Assembly (NCBI GenBank): GCA_038203095.1
Contig: JBBREH010000002.1
Span: 5,904 to 69,903, forward strand
Source of the DNA: Candidatus Doudnabacteria bacterium
GTDB lineage: Bacteria > Patescibacteriota > Doudnabacteria > UBA920
DNA length: 64,000 bases
Direction: 5' to 3'
The first letter of the stretch is position 1, and every line of letters starts with the position of its first letter. Positions 1-10,314 of the stretch are shown piece after piece. Below the pieces are notes generated by a model. It did no database searches, was not told the origin of the DNA, and saw only the letters and a program-made list of their open reading frames with translations. The position numbers and the translations under genes are program-made.

Positions 1-838
1 TTGGCTTCATTACCAACTCGTCGCTGGTCTCCTGGCTTTTTACCAAAAACAGTTCGCCGCCAAACTTATCCCAATGACCGGAAGTTTTATATAACTCATT
101 TTTTGTAATATGCGGGCTCCAAACTCTTTGCCAGCCTTTTGCAAGTCTTAATTCCTGCGAATAATTATTTAGCAGTTCCCTTAACAAGGCACCTTTTGGA
201 GTAAACAACGGCAAACCTTTACCGACCTGATCAGAAATAGTAAATAGATCCAGCTTTTGTCCCAGTTTTCTGTGATCACGCTTTTCTGCTTCTTCAACCA
301 TTTTAAGATGTTTTTCCAGCTCTTCTTTACTTTCAAAAGCCCAACCATAAATACGCGTGAGCATTTTATTTTTTTCGTTGCCGCGCCAATATGCGCCGGC
401 AGTGTGAGTCAGCTTAAATGCGTCTGGCTTAACTTCACTACTCGGCGAGCCGCTATGCCCGCCTTTGCACAAATCTATAAATCCGCCGGAAGTGTAAAAG
501 GTTAAATTTTTGCCTTCCTTAGCAAACTCTTCTATTAGTTCAGTTTTGTATTCGTTCCAGGCGAATTCTTTTTTTGCTTCCTCGATTGAGACTTCCTTGC
601 CCACAAAATCCTTCCACATTGGCAAAAGCTGCCGCATCTTTTTTTCTATTTTTGGCAAATCTTTGTCGGTTAACGGCTGAGGCAAATCAAAATCCTGATA
701 AAAACCATTTTCGACAGCCGGCCCAATGGCGTTTTTTGCTCCAGGATAAAGTTGCCTCACTGACGCGGCTAACAAATGGGCAAGCGTATGTCTAATGCCC
801 TGAAGATGTTCTTTTTTGAAATATTCTTGATTGTCCAT
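1..838 (-). CDS. thrS: Threonine--tRNA ligase, 5' part (gene runs off window start). Begins directly with the editing-type domain (HTLAHLLAAAV...GFYQDFD); the catalytic-core motif RDHRKLGQKLDLF is present.
   Basis: Hand translation of the reverse strand from ATG at 836-838 gives MDNQEYFKKEHLQGIRHTLAHLL...DHRKLGQKLDLFTISDQ...SGHWDKFG, i.e. class II ThrRS motifs. It is missing from the ORF track only because it is truncated by the window edge. Confidence 0.8.
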   Translation of the reverse strand, partial: MDNQEYFKKEHLQGIRHTLAHLLAASVRQLYPGAKNAIGPAVENGFYQDFDLPQPLTDKDLPKIEKKMRQLLPMWKDFVGKEVSIEEAKKEFAWNEYKTELIEEFAKEGKNLTFYTSGGFIDLCKGGHSGSPSSEVKPDAFKLTHTAGAYWRGNEKNKMLTRIYGWAFESKEELEKHLKMVEEAEKRDHRKLGQKLDLFTISDQVGKGLPLFTPKGALLRELLNNYSQELRLAKGWQRVWSPHITKNELYKTSGHWDKFGGELFLVKSQETSDELVMKP

Positions 839-1275
839 AAAAGTAAATTTAAGATTTAAAATTTAAGATTAAAGTTTGTGCTTACTTTCTTTAATCTTAA
901 ATCTTTCAGCTTAAATCTGATATAAACACAAAACCCCGAAATTTAGCTACTGATAATTCGCCAGGTGGCGAATCAGTCGCTAAATTCCGGGGTCTCGCAG
1001 GAGACGTTTCCGTCCCAGAATTTCATCAGCAAAGGCAGGCCAAGGGCCTGCACTACAGCTAACGAACTTTTCATCTGCTATGGCTCTAGAACACAGCAGA
1101 TTTATTGTCTATTGTTTCAAACTCCCTGCTTGGTAGGCAGATCAACATTTGAAGTAGTGAACTAACTAAAAAAATTATAACAGAAGCCTTAATCCTTGGC
1201 AAATAAAGTTTTCCACAGCGGCATTTGGCTTATTTGTTTTATATATGACACCTATTCCTATCTGAATATCTGCGG

Positions 1276-4200
1276 TTAATTTACATCTATCATTAAAATT
1301 TCAGGCACGTCTCTAAGCTCGGCTAACAACTCATTCGAAACCGCAACCAAACTTTGGGTTTTAATTTTTTTTGCATTTTGACCTGTACCGACTGACAAGT
1401 AAACCTGGGCGTTGCCTTTATTTTTTTCTAAAATTTCCTTAATTTTATTTAAGGCATTCATATTAGAAAGACCTGCCATATGCAAAACTACCTGCTTACT
1501 TTTGCCCATTTCGTTCAAAGCCATACTGTATAGATCATCACTAGGCAACTCTTTTATATCATCTGCTATTAATTTAAATTCTTCATCTTTGTCGGACAAA
1601 CGGCCAATAACCTGGACTATGCAATCATCAGTTAAAAACTGCACGACTTTTTCCATAATTTTAGGAAAAACCAAAACCTCAATATTGCCCCCCAAATCTT
1701 CAAGAGTAAAAAACGCCATCGGATCATTTTTTCGAGTTAAAGTTTTTTTAAGCCGTGAAATAATACCTCCCATAATCACCTTACCACCCAGCTCAGTAAG
1801 TGAGAGACTTTTTACGCTCCGCAATGTAGATAAAACATTTTTATAAACATCCAAGGGGTGCGCTGAGACATACATACCTAAATGCTCCTTCTCCCAGAGC
1901 AGCTTTTCCTCTTTGGTCGCGGGCACTGAAGGTCTTAATTTTAATTTGCCCATTTTTAAAGACGAACCGAATAAGGAATTTTGCCCTTCAACGTCCTGCT
2001 TTAAGTTTTCACGAACAAATTCCAAAACTTCTTCTGTGTTGGCAAGTAATTGGCCGCGTTCACCAAACGCGTCCAGCGCCCCGCCCTTGACCAAGGCTTC
2101 CCAGGAACGTTTACTAAAGTTTTTGGTGTAAGAACGGATAAGAAAATCTTCGAGAGAAGAATAAGGCTGAGAAGTGCGGGGTAAATGGTGATTCTCTGCG
2201 CTATCAATCCTCAACACTTCACCCTCAACCCTCGCTTGAATTATGCTCGCAATAACATCACTCCCCAAATTCTTAATTGCGTTTAACCCAAACCGAATAG
2301 TCTTTTCATCCACAACCGTAAAATTTCCTAAGCTTTCATTCACATCCGGAGGCAAAACCGCAATCCCAAGCTGATCACATTCTTCCACAGCTTCATAAAT
2401 CTTATCCTCATCACCACTTTCCGCAGTCATTAGCGCAGCCATAAATTCAACAGGGAAATTAGCCTTCATATATGCGGTCTGATAGCCTACGGCCGAATAA
2501 GAGGCTGAATGTGCCTTGTTAAAACCATAAGCTGCGAAAGGTTCAATCCAGGTCCAAATTTGCTCGGCTTTTGAATGCGACCATTTGGAAGTATCCATAC
2601 AGCCCTGCACAAACTTAATTTTTTGCTTAGCCATTTCTTCAGGATTTTTTTTACCTACGGCCTTTCTAAACTTGTCGACCTCTTCCCAGCTATAGCCGGC
2701 CAAATCGTGGGCAATTGTTAAAAGATCGTCCTGATAAACTAAAATTCCATACGTTCGGTGAAGAATTTTTTCCAAAGCAGGGTCCAAATATTTAATTAAT
2801 TTTTTGTCGTGCTTTCGCGCAATAAACTCAGGAATAAACTGCATAGGGCCCGGCCGGTAAAGAGCTATCATAGCCATAATGTCAAAAATGTTTGCAGGCT
2901 TAAGTTCCCTAAGATAACGTGTAATCCCCGACGAACCGAGCTGGAAAACACCAAATGTAAGACCATCAGAAAGTAATTTAAAAGTTTTAGGGTCAGGATG
3001 AGGAAGGTTGTAGATATTAATGGATACATTATGGCGCTTTTGAACCAGGTTCACCGCCGATTCCAAAATTGACAAATTACGAATTCCCAGCAAATCTAAT
3101 TTTACCACTCCAATTGCTTTACTGCTCGCGCCGGCGTCCAAAGAATACATATCGTACTGGGTAATAATTCGCTCACCGTCCGGCTCTTTTTGCAACGGCA
3201 TATAGTCAGTCAGGGGAGTCGGAGTTATTACAATACCCGCGGCGTGCATACTCGCATGACGCGCGCAACCTTCCAATTTTTTTGCAATTTCCAATATTCG
3301 ATGAGTCTCAGGGTCACGGTCGTAAATTTCTTTAAGTTCCGGGGATTTTTCCAGAGCCTTTTCAAGCGTCATTAAAAAACCCTGCTTGCCTATGGGTATC
3401 ATTTTAGCAATTTGGTCGCATTTGCTATAAGGGACGGCCATAGCGCGACCAACATCGCGCACGGCGGCGCGTGCGGCCATGGTTCCAAAAGTTATAATTT
3501 GCGCTACCTTGTCCTTTCCATACTTATCAGTAATATAATTAATAACTTCGTCTCGACGGTTGTCGGCAATATCCAAGTCAATATCCGGCGGTGTCGGACG
3601 ATGCATTGTCAAAAAACGCTCAAATGATAACTCATAATATAGAGGATCAACATTAGTAATGCCGAGAATTCGGCCAACAATACTGCCGGCGGCACTTCCC
3701 CTAGTGTTAGTAATTGCACCAATATTATGCGCTCCCGAAACCACGTCTGCCACCATTAAAAAATAGGTGTCGAAGCCTTTTTTTATAATAATATTAAGTT
3801 CATATTCAATTCGCTGTCTAATTTCTTCGGGAATTATTAACTCCTGTTTATCGTTGCCGACAACTGTATTTGAGCCACGCGGCCTTTCACTAGCTATGAT
3901 TCTTTCGTCTTCCCGCTGAACAGTTGTCAATGACGGAACCCCTTGCAATGTGTATGAAGCCAATTTGCCATACATTAACAAAGCTTTTTCGTAAACCATC
4001 TTTCTTAAATAGTTCTCCGAGGTCATACCCTCAGGAATTTCCACCTGGGGAAAATAGCGTTGATCAATTAAAATTTCTAAATTACACATCTCTGCCACTT
4101 TTTGCGTATTTTGCACAGCCTCAGGCAAATCAAAAAATAGCTCCATCATTTTTTGCGGGGAATGAAGTGACAAATCGCAACTGCGCATATCCAAACGGTC

Positions 4201-4929
4201 TGTGTCGCCTACAATCCTACCCGTGCCGATGCAAACCATAACATCTTGTGCCTCGGCGTCTTCGGGATAAATATAGTGGCAATCCGCCGTCGCGACGACT
4301 GACAAATTATTAGCCTTGGCCAATTCAACCAAGCGATGATTGAGTTCTGTTTGGCGCTGATGATCCTCCTGCTGTGAAGGTTTAATATTCCTTTGTATTT
4401 CAATAAATAATTTTTCCGCGGTAAAAATTTCCAAATACTTTTCCAAAACTTTTTGCGCCTCACCTTGAGATTTATTCATTAACGCGCGGGCAATTTCTCC
4501 TCGCTGACAACCGGACAGGCAAATTAACCCTTGAGCATGTTTTGATAACAACTCTAAATCAATTCTGGGTTTGTAATAAAAGCCGTCCAGGTGGGCTTTG
4601 GTGGTAAGCATTATCAAATTTTTATAACCTTCGTCATTTTGCGCCAATAGCGTTAAATGATGGTAATCGGCGTCAATTTTGCCTTCTTTTTCTCCCATAC
4701 CACGAGGCGCAACATAGGCCTCCAGGCCGATAATCGGTTTAATGCCGGCTTCTTTGCATGTGTTGTAAAATTCCACGGCGCCATACATTACACCGTGATC
4801 GGTAATTGCCAGACTCTCCATACCCAATTCTTTGGCACGCTCAACCAGCGGCTCTATTTTAGACAAGCCGTCAAGTAATGAAAAATGCGAATGGCAATGC
4901 AAATGGGTGAAATTCATAACAATTAACAA
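1276..4929 (-). CDS. dnaE: DNA polymerase III alpha subunit
   Basis: 1217 aa. N-terminal PHP domain (HLHCHSHFSLLDG...AITDHG), LGITNVDPL and polymerase core motifs; uninterrupted. Confidence 0.9.
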   Translation of the reverse strand: MLIVMNFTHLHCHSHFSLLDGLSKIEPLVERAKELGMESLAITDHGVMYGAVEFYNTCKEAGIKPIIGLEAYVAPRGMGEKEGKIDADYHHLTLLAQNDEGYKNLIMLTTKAHLDGFYYKPRIDLELLSKHAQGLICLSGCQRGEIARALMNKSQGEAQKVLEKYLEIFTAEKLFIEIQRNIKPSQQEDHQRQTELNHRLVELAKANNLSVVATADCHYIYPEDAEAQDVMVCIGTGRIVGDTDRLDMRSCDLSLHSPQKMMELFFDLPEAVQNTQKVAEMCNLEILIDQRYFPQVEIPEGMTSENYLRKMVYEKALLMYGKLASYTLQGVPSLTTVQREDERIIASERPRGSNTVVGNDKQELIIPEEIRQRIEYELNIIIKKGFDTYFLMVADVVSGAHNIGAITNTRGSAAGSIVGRILGITNVDPLYYELSFERFLTMHRPTPPDIDLDIADNRRDEVINYITDKYGKDKVAQIITFGTMAARAAVRDVGRAMAVPYSKCDQIAKMIPIGKQGFLMTLEKALEKSPELKEIYDRDPETHRILEIAKKLEGCARHASMHAAGIVITPTPLTDYMPLQKEPDGERIITQYDMYSLDAGASSKAIGVVKLDLLGIRNLSILESAVNLVQKRHNVSINIYNLPHPDPKTFKLLSDGLTFGVFQLGSSGITRYLRELKPANIFDIMAMIALYRPGPMQFIPEFIARKHDKKLIKYLDPALEKILHRTYGILVYQDDLLTIAHDLAGYSWEEVDKFRKAVGKKNPEEMAKQKIKFVQGCMDTSKWSHSKAEQIWTWIEPFAAYGFNKAHSASYSAVGYQTAYMKANFPVEFMAALMTAESGDEDKIYEAVEECDQLGIAVLPPDVNESLGNFTVVDEKTIRFGLNAIKNLGSDVIASIIQARVEGEVLRIDSAENHHLPRTSQPYSSLEDFLIRSYTKNFSKRSWEALVKGGALDAFGERGQLLANTEEVLEFVRENLKQDVEGQNSLFGSSLKMGKLKLRPSVPATKEEKLLWEKEHLGMYVSAHPLDVYKNVLSTLRSVKSLSLTELGGKVIMGGIISRLKKTLTRKNDPMAFFTLEDLGGNIEVLVFPKIMEKVVQFLTDDCIVQVIGRLSDKDEEFKLIADDIKELPSDDLYSMALNEMGKSKQVVLHMAGLSNMNALNKIKEILEKNKGNAQVYLSVGTGQNAKKIKTQSLVAVSNELLAELRDVPEILMIDVN

Positions 4930-5093
4930 TTTACGATTAACAATTTCCGCTAAGGGGTCCGCCTTTGGCGGAAACTTATTCCTAAGTTAATCGTCAATTG
5001 TCAATCGTTAATCGTTCTAGCCTATCATACCAAAATTCTACCAACTTTGCTATAATTAAAATATATAAAATCAACAATAAAAATAATCCATTT

Positions 5094-5966
5094 ATGTCTT
5101 TATTCAAAGATCAAGTCAAGCTGGGCTTTCAAGAAGCCGAACTTGAAACCCAAAAAACTTTAGCCGGGCTGCCACCTCTTATTAGGTGGCTTGCGATAAT
5201 TTTTACCATCATGATTATTCCGGTTTACTATTCTGCAAAAATTATTTCCCGAAAAATCTTAACAAGTAGATACTCCCAAGGGGCCCTTTACGCCAAACCA
5301 AGTTTTACTAACCCAAAAAAACTAATTATTTCCAATGTGAACGTTGTGACCACCGGTAGCGGAAGTTTTGCCGCCGGAGTCAAAATCAAAAATCCAAATT
5401 TAGATTTGTCTTTAGAAAACCTGCCCTTTTCATTTAAATTTTATAATGAAAAAAAACAACTAGTTTATACTTATGAAGATAAGTTATTTTTACTGCCCGA
5501 CGAGGAAAAATATGTCACCGTTCCGACGTTCACAGCAATAGAAAACGTTTCCTTTGCAAACTTTGAAATACCAAATGAGCTTCCCTGGCAAAAAAAATTA
5601 ACAATTCCCAAAGTCCAGTTTTCTACTTCCGTACCCAACTCATACCAGCAAAGTTCGCCGGAGGCGTTTATAGTTGAAGGGGACTTTACTAACGACAGTC
5701 CTTATACTTTAAAAAGTGTTCGTTTGACATTTATTATTTTTGGCGCACAAGACAAAATTGTTGGCATAAGCCAGCGGGATGAGTTCACTGTAAGCCCTTT
5801 TGAAAGACGAGCGTACAAACAACTTTGGCCTTTAATTTCTGCTCCGGACATAAGCCGGGTTGAGGTCAGGGCCGAAACCAATACCTTAAATTCCAACAAT
5901 CTGGTTATTAATTCAAGCCCTTCACCAGCTTCCGATTTAAGCCGACCGAGGAATAAAAATAGATAA
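5094..5966 (+). CDS. Hypothetical membrane-anchored protein (one N-terminal TM, then a beta-rich extracytoplasmic part)
   Basis: Long ORF. The internal Met at 5094 (MSLFKDQ...) lies after an AT-rich putative promoter; no recognisable family. Confidence 0.4.
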   Translation: MSLFKDQVKLGFQEAELETQKTLAGLPPLIRWLAIIFTIMIIPVYYSAKIISRKILTSRYSQGALYAKPSFTNPKKLIISNVNVVTTGSGSFAAGVKIKNPNLDLSLENLPFSFKFYNEKKQLVYTYEDKLFLLPDEEKYVTVPTFTAIENVSFANFEIPNELPWQKKLTIPKVQFSTSVPNSYQQSSPEAFIVEGDFTNDSPYTLKSVRLTFIIFGAQDKIVGISQRDEFTVSPFERRAYKQLWPLISAPDISRVEVRAETNTLNSNNLVINSSPSPASDLSRPRNKNR

Positions 5967-6028
5967 TTCATCTTTATTGTTTTATTTTAGACAAATACGC
6001 GTAAAAATAAGCAACAACGGGAAAAACA

Positions 6029-7129
6029 ATGCACCATCTTCTTAACCGATTCAAATATTTTGATCTGCCACTGCTGGCGGCCACATTACTGCTGGCCTTG
6101 GCCGGTCTCGCAATTTTGTATGCTACCACGCTTTCGGACAATTCCACAACGGTTTTTAACCGACAGTTAATTTTTTTAGCTTTCGGTTTAATTATTTTTA
6201 TATTTTTAAGTCTTTATGACTATCATGCTCTGACCAAGTCAAACCGAATTATTTATATTGTTCTAATTTGTTTGCTTGTCTATCTTCTAGTTTTTGCCTC
6301 GCCTGTTAAAGGGGGCAAGCGCTGGATAGACTTTTCATTTTTTCGTTTTCAGCCCGCTGAGTTTGCCAAAGTAGTAATTATTTTAGGTCTGGCGCGGTTG
6401 CTCCATTTAGCCCGAGGTCAAATTAATTCATGGCGCACTATTACTTGGTCATTTTTTTATGCAATTTTGCCGGCAGCTTTGGTGCTGTTTGAACCCGACT
6501 TGGGCTCGTCTCTTATTATTTTTAGCTTGTGGGTTGGCATTATCATGCTTAGCTCAATAAAAAAGAAGTTTTTGGCGGTATTATTTTTTATTGCGCTATT
6601 TGGCTTGGGAGTCGGCTGGCAATTCGTTTTAAAAGATTTTCAAAAAGATAGGATTAGAGTTTTTTTAAACCCAGATTTAGATCCAAAAGGCAGGGGATAC
6701 AACGTTAAGCAGGCGACAATTGCCGTGGGAGCCGGTGAACTAGTTGGAAGAGGTTTGGGCAAAGGTGTGCAGAGCCAACACAAATTCTTACCTGAACGAC
6801 AAACCGACTTTATTTTTGCCGCCTCTAGCGAAGAAATTGGCTTTTTAGGTTCTGTTAGCCTATTAATGCTTTACTTTTTTTTACTTTGGCGAATATCAAA
6901 GATCATAAAAAAAACCAAGGATGATTTAGGCATGTATCTAGCCGGTGGGGCATTCTTTTTTTTCTTTTTCCATGTCGTAATTAATGTAGGCATGAATATT
7001 GGGCTTTTGCCGGTAACCGGCATTCCTCTGCCCTTTGTCAGCGCCGGTGGCAGTTCCTTAATTGCCAGCTTAATTCTGCTGGGAATTGTACAAAATATTG
7101 CTGTTGAGTCCAAAGCTTTGCGCTTTTAA
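6029..7129 (+). CDS. SEDS-family peptidoglycan glycosyltransferase (FtsW/RodA/SpoVE)
   Basis: About 10 TM helices and the conserved SEDS signatures QPAEFAKV, DFIFA, EEIGFLG and GLLPVTGIPLPFVSAGGSSL. Confidence 0.8.
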   Translation: MHHLLNRFKYFDLPLLAATLLLALAGLAILYATTLSDNSTTVFNRQLIFLAFGLIIFIFLSLYDYHALTKSNRIIYIVLICLLVYLLVFASPVKGGKRWIDFSFFRFQPAEFAKVVIILGLARLLHLARGQINSWRTITWSFFYAILPAALVLFEPDLGSSLIIFSLWVGIIMLSSIKKKFLAVLFFIALFGLGVGWQFVLKDFQKDRIRVFLNPDLDPKGRGYNVKQATIAVGAGELVGRGLGKGVQSQHKFLPERQTDFIFAASSEEIGFLGSVSLLMLYFFLLWRISKIIKKTKDDLGMYLAGGAFFFFFFHVVINVGMNIGLLPVTGIPLPFVSAGGSSLIASLILLGIVQNIAVESKALRF

Positions 7130-7151
7130 TTACATCTGGTATACTTAAATT

Positions 7152-7550
7152 ATGAAAAATAATATACCCTGCGGAGCGGGGTCCGGTTCTGCCGGAAAAT
7201 CTTTTGACTTTAAAAAAATTATTGAATGGCTGGGCTTTGTTTTAAAGTGTCCGATTTGTGGGCATAAGTATAAACTGGAGCAGACTAAAGTTTTAGAGAG
7301 TGAACAGAACGAAATCTATAACGAAGCACGGATTTTAATCCACTCCGACTGCGTCAAATGCAAAAGCTCGGTAATGTTCAATGTTGAAATCCGCGGACCG
7401 GAAGTCTTTAGCGTTGGTATGGTTACCGACCTAACCGGCAAAGACAGCTCCAAATTCAACAAACTCGGACCCATTAGCTCCAACGAAATTATCGGCCTAC
7501 ACCAGGAGCTTAAAAACTTTAAGGGCGATTTTGTTGCCGCGTTTACATAA
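7152..7550 (+). CDS. Hypothetical small protein with a CxxC...CxxC zinc-ribbon-like motif
   Basis: CPICGH ... CVKCKSS pattern; no family recognised. Confidence 0.35.
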   Translation: MKNNIPCGAGSGSAGKSFDFKKIIEWLGFVLKCPICGHKYKLEQTKVLESEQNEIYNEARILIHSDCVKCKSSVMFNVEIRGPEVFSVGMVTDLTGKDSSKFNKLGPISSNEIIGLHQELKNFKGDFVAAFT

Positions 7551-7572
7551 TTAAACAACAAGAAACAAAAAT

Positions 7573-8196
7573 ATGGGGAGAAAAATTGTATATGGGTTTT
7601 TGGGCTTAATAATTTTCTTAATTATTGGCGCATTAGTAGCATATGGCATTAGTACAATCATACCGTTTCCAGCACCTATTTACTTAATTATTTTAGGGAT
7701 TATAGTCATTTTAGGAGTTTGGCTTAGTATAAAATTTGCAAGTAAGAGAAATCAAGCTGAGCTACAAGCAGATCCGACTACTAGAGGTCATTTTTTAGCA
7801 GAAACCCCGAAATCACTTAGGTATTATTTTTTAGTCGTTGGTATATACCAATTGACTGTGGCATTCAGACTCCAGCCAAATCTTACAGCTATAATCACCA
7901 GTCTTATCGCTTTGATATTTGGAATTATCCAAATCTATATTGCCATAAAATTTGACTCTGTGATAAAAGACAAAATTAAATTCATTATAAATTTCCTTTG
8001 GATTCAGCTTGTTTATTCTATTTTGTTGTTTATAATGTTGTTCTTTGTATTAAAATTTAACACCTTCTTTGCTTGGGCACTAATGGGAGAAGTCGCTATT
8101 ACTTTGTATTTAATTTCAAACTCAAAACGCATACACAATAATCTTTTAAGTCAGCAAGTTTCTGTGCCGACACCTCCATTAAGCCCGAACTTATAG
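7573..8196 (+). CDS. Hypothetical polytopic membrane protein
   Basis: Several hydrophobic helices; no family recognised. Confidence 0.35.
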   Translation: MGRKIVYGFLGLIIFLIIGALVAYGISTIIPFPAPIYLIILGIIVILGVWLSIKFASKRNQAELQADPTTRGHFLAETPKSLRYYFLVVGIYQLTVAFRLQPNLTAIITSLIALIFGIIQIYIAIKFDSVIKDKIKFIINFLWIQLVYSILLFIMLFFVLKFNTFFAWALMGEVAITLYLISNSKRIHNNLLSQQVSVPTPPLSPNL

Positions 8197-8616
8197 TTTA
8201 CCACTTATGTAGGCTTTCAGCTTCCTGTCCGCTCAATCCGTTCAGCAACTTGACCAGACAATATCTAAACTGCCATTTAAGCGTCTCTGAAAGCCTTATA
8301 ATAATCGTAGCGACCATATAAACGCCTAAAAAATGTTAGATTTACGCCGGATATAAAGCTGAACAGATAAGCGGACACTGGAGTCGAACGACATAACCAA
8401 CCTGCCTGGACAAAATCCGGGCTTTTTGATACAATTATCAGGATTTATATATAAGGTTTTACTAGAGTAGGTAAGTAGACTGTCATTCCCAGGAGCCATA
8501 TTTGAAGGCTTCATTAGACAACAAAGCAATCTATCAACTATAAAGATAGGATCGCTTCTTTTGCCACAGCGATGACAAATTGAAAGCCGATGGTGTAAAA
8601 TCAAAAGGAAACGAGA

Positions 8617-9339
8617 ATGGATAAGTTACAGATTAAAGCCGAAGTTAGAGATGTAAAAAAATCTAACCCTCAAAAGCTACGCCAAGCAGGCTCACTGCCG
8701 GCTGTACTTTACGGCCACAAAGTGCAAAACGCGGCGCTCACGGTTAACGCCAGAGAGTTTGATAAAATTTTAAAAAAAGCGGGTGAAAGTACCATTGTTG
8801 AACTAATGACCAACGATGGTAAAACTCATCCGGTTTTAATTCACGACGTCCAAATCCATTATTTAACCAGCGTCCCGACCCACGTTGACTTTTACGAGGT
8901 TAGCTTAACGGAAAAACTTAAAGCCAAAGTTGTACTGGAATTTTCCGGTGAATCACAGGCGGTTAAGGCTATGGGCGGAGTTTTGGTTAAGATCTTAAGT
9001 GAAATTGAAGTAGAATGTTTACCAACCGACTTACCTCACAATATTACCGTTAATTTAGAAAGTTTAAAAACTTTAACAGACAGTATTCACATACGCGATA
9101 TAATAGCTCCTGCCAAAGTTAAAATTTTAACCGGTGCCGACGAAATGATAGTTAAAGTTCAGCCACCTCGTGACGTAGAGGCGGAATTGTCCGCTCCGGT
9201 TGTGGAAGACATTAGCAAAGTTGAGGGTGCAGCCGAAATTAAGCCCGATGCCGCTGCCGGCTCAACTTCTGAAAAACCTGAAAAATCCGCCAAGGGCGGA
9301 TCCGCCTCCGGCGGAAAGGATAAGGAAGACAAAAAATAG
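8617..9339 (+). CDS. rplY: 50S ribosomal protein L25 / general stress protein Ctc (long form with an acidic/Lys C-terminal tail)
   Basis: MDKLQIKAEVR...GSLPAVLYG...HYLTSVPTHVDFYEV is the L25/Ctc fold; RBS AAAGGAAACGAG upstream. Confidence 0.85.
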   Translation: MDKLQIKAEVRDVKKSNPQKLRQAGSLPAVLYGHKVQNAALTVNAREFDKILKKAGESTIVELMTNDGKTHPVLIHDVQIHYLTSVPTHVDFYEVSLTEKLKAKVVLEFSGESQAVKAMGGVLVKILSEIEVECLPTDLPHNITVNLESLKTLTDSIHIRDIIAPAKVKILTGADEMIVKVQPPRDVEAELSAPVVEDISKVEGAAEIKPDAAAGSTSEKPEKSAKGGSASGGKDKEDKK

Positions 9340-9408
9340 CCCATAATAAATCCCTCCCTCACCGGGGAGGGATTTTGATAATACGAATACTTCTGTTATT
9401 ATGAAATT

Positions 9409-10314
9409 ATGGAAATGAAACCTTATTTAAAATTTAACCGGTCGCAAATCTGGGTTCTTGCAGTTGCAATTTTAGTGCTATTAGTAGGCGGACTTTATTT
9501 TTATCATATTTGCCAAAATAACCCAAGAATAAATGACAAAGTTGAAATTGACGGGAGAGCCTATCAAAAGCTTGTCACCCATAAGGACCAAGAGCCTTTA
9601 CCTCCCGCAAAAAATGGTAGGAATGTAAAGGTAGTAATTTTAATGTACCACCATGTTGGCGACCCGCCGCCCAAAGCCAGCCGTATGCGAAAAGACTTAA
9701 CCGTTTCCACGGCTGATTTCTCGGATCAGGCGAAGTTACTAAAAATGGAAGGATATACCAGCATTAAACTTGGAGATATTTTAGCTTACAGCCAAGGCAA
9801 ATTTTCTATGCCCAAAAATCCGGTTGTTTTTACTTTTGATGACGGCTATGATGATGTTTTTGTAAATGCCCTGCCAATTTTGAAACAGAATGGGTTTGTT
9901 GGCAGCTTAGCAATTATTACCAGGTACCCAAAAAGCGTAATGGGTGATAACTTTTACGCTTCCTGGGATGAAATTGCCAAAGCGTATCAAGAGGGCAACG
10001 AAATTGTTTCGCACACCCAAGACCACTTTGACGGAAAAAATCCCAAATACTCACAAGATTTTATTTTTAATAATTTGACAGGCTCTGTTCAAGATATTAA
10101 AGACCACTTAGGCTATACTCCCAACATTTTAATATACCCATACGGACACTATACTACCAATTATATCGACATAGCCAAAAAGGTAGGCTTTGTAATGGGT
10201 GTAACCATTCATGACGGCAAAACAGTGAGTTTAGATAACTTAATGGAGATTCCACGTGTCAGAGTGCATGGCGGAGAAACTTTGGGGCAGTTTAGAGCAC
10301 GGGCCATGGAGTAA
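9409..10314 (+). CDS. Polysaccharide deacetylase family protein (NodB homology domain) with N-terminal TM anchor
   Basis: VVFTFDDGYDDVF...ALPILK...G..GSLAII and the His motifs of NodB-type deacetylases. Confidence 0.7.
   Translation: MEMKPYLKFNRSQIWVLAVAILVLLVGGLYFYHICQNNPRINDKVEIDGRAYQKLVTHKDQEPLPPAKNGRNVKVVILMYHHVGDPPPKASRMRKDLTVSTADFSDQAKLLKMEGYTSIKLGDILAYSQGKFSMPKNPVVFTFDDGYDDVFVNALPILKQNGFVGSLAIITRYPKSVMGDNFYASWDEIAKAYQEGNEIVSHTQDHFDGKNPKYSQDFIFNNLTGSVQDIKDHLGYTPNILIYPYGHYTTNYIDIAKKVGFVMGVTIHDGKTVSLDNLMEIPRVRVHGGETLGQFRARAME

Noticed and set aside
257-795. ORFs 257..505 (+) and 574..795 (+)
   Set aside because: They lie antisense to the clearly conserved thrS coding sequence on the minus strand and have low-complexity, non-protein-like translations.
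8326-8604. 92-aa ORF on minus strand in the rplY upstream gap
   Set aside because: No RBS, odd composition, and it sits in a region of hairpins and repeats, so it is probably non-coding.
8200-8616. RNase P RNA, tmRNA, SRP RNA or 6S RNA in the large non-coding gaps (8200-8616, 24130-24535, 44330-45200)
   Set aside because: Their universal motifs (GGAAAGUCCGGGC / ACAGAANCCGGCUUA, tRNA-like GGUUCGANUCC...ACCA end, GUCAGGUCCGGAAGGAAGCAGC) were searched for by eye on both strands and not found. Only weak partial resemblances were seen, and this cannot be settled without a covariance-model search.
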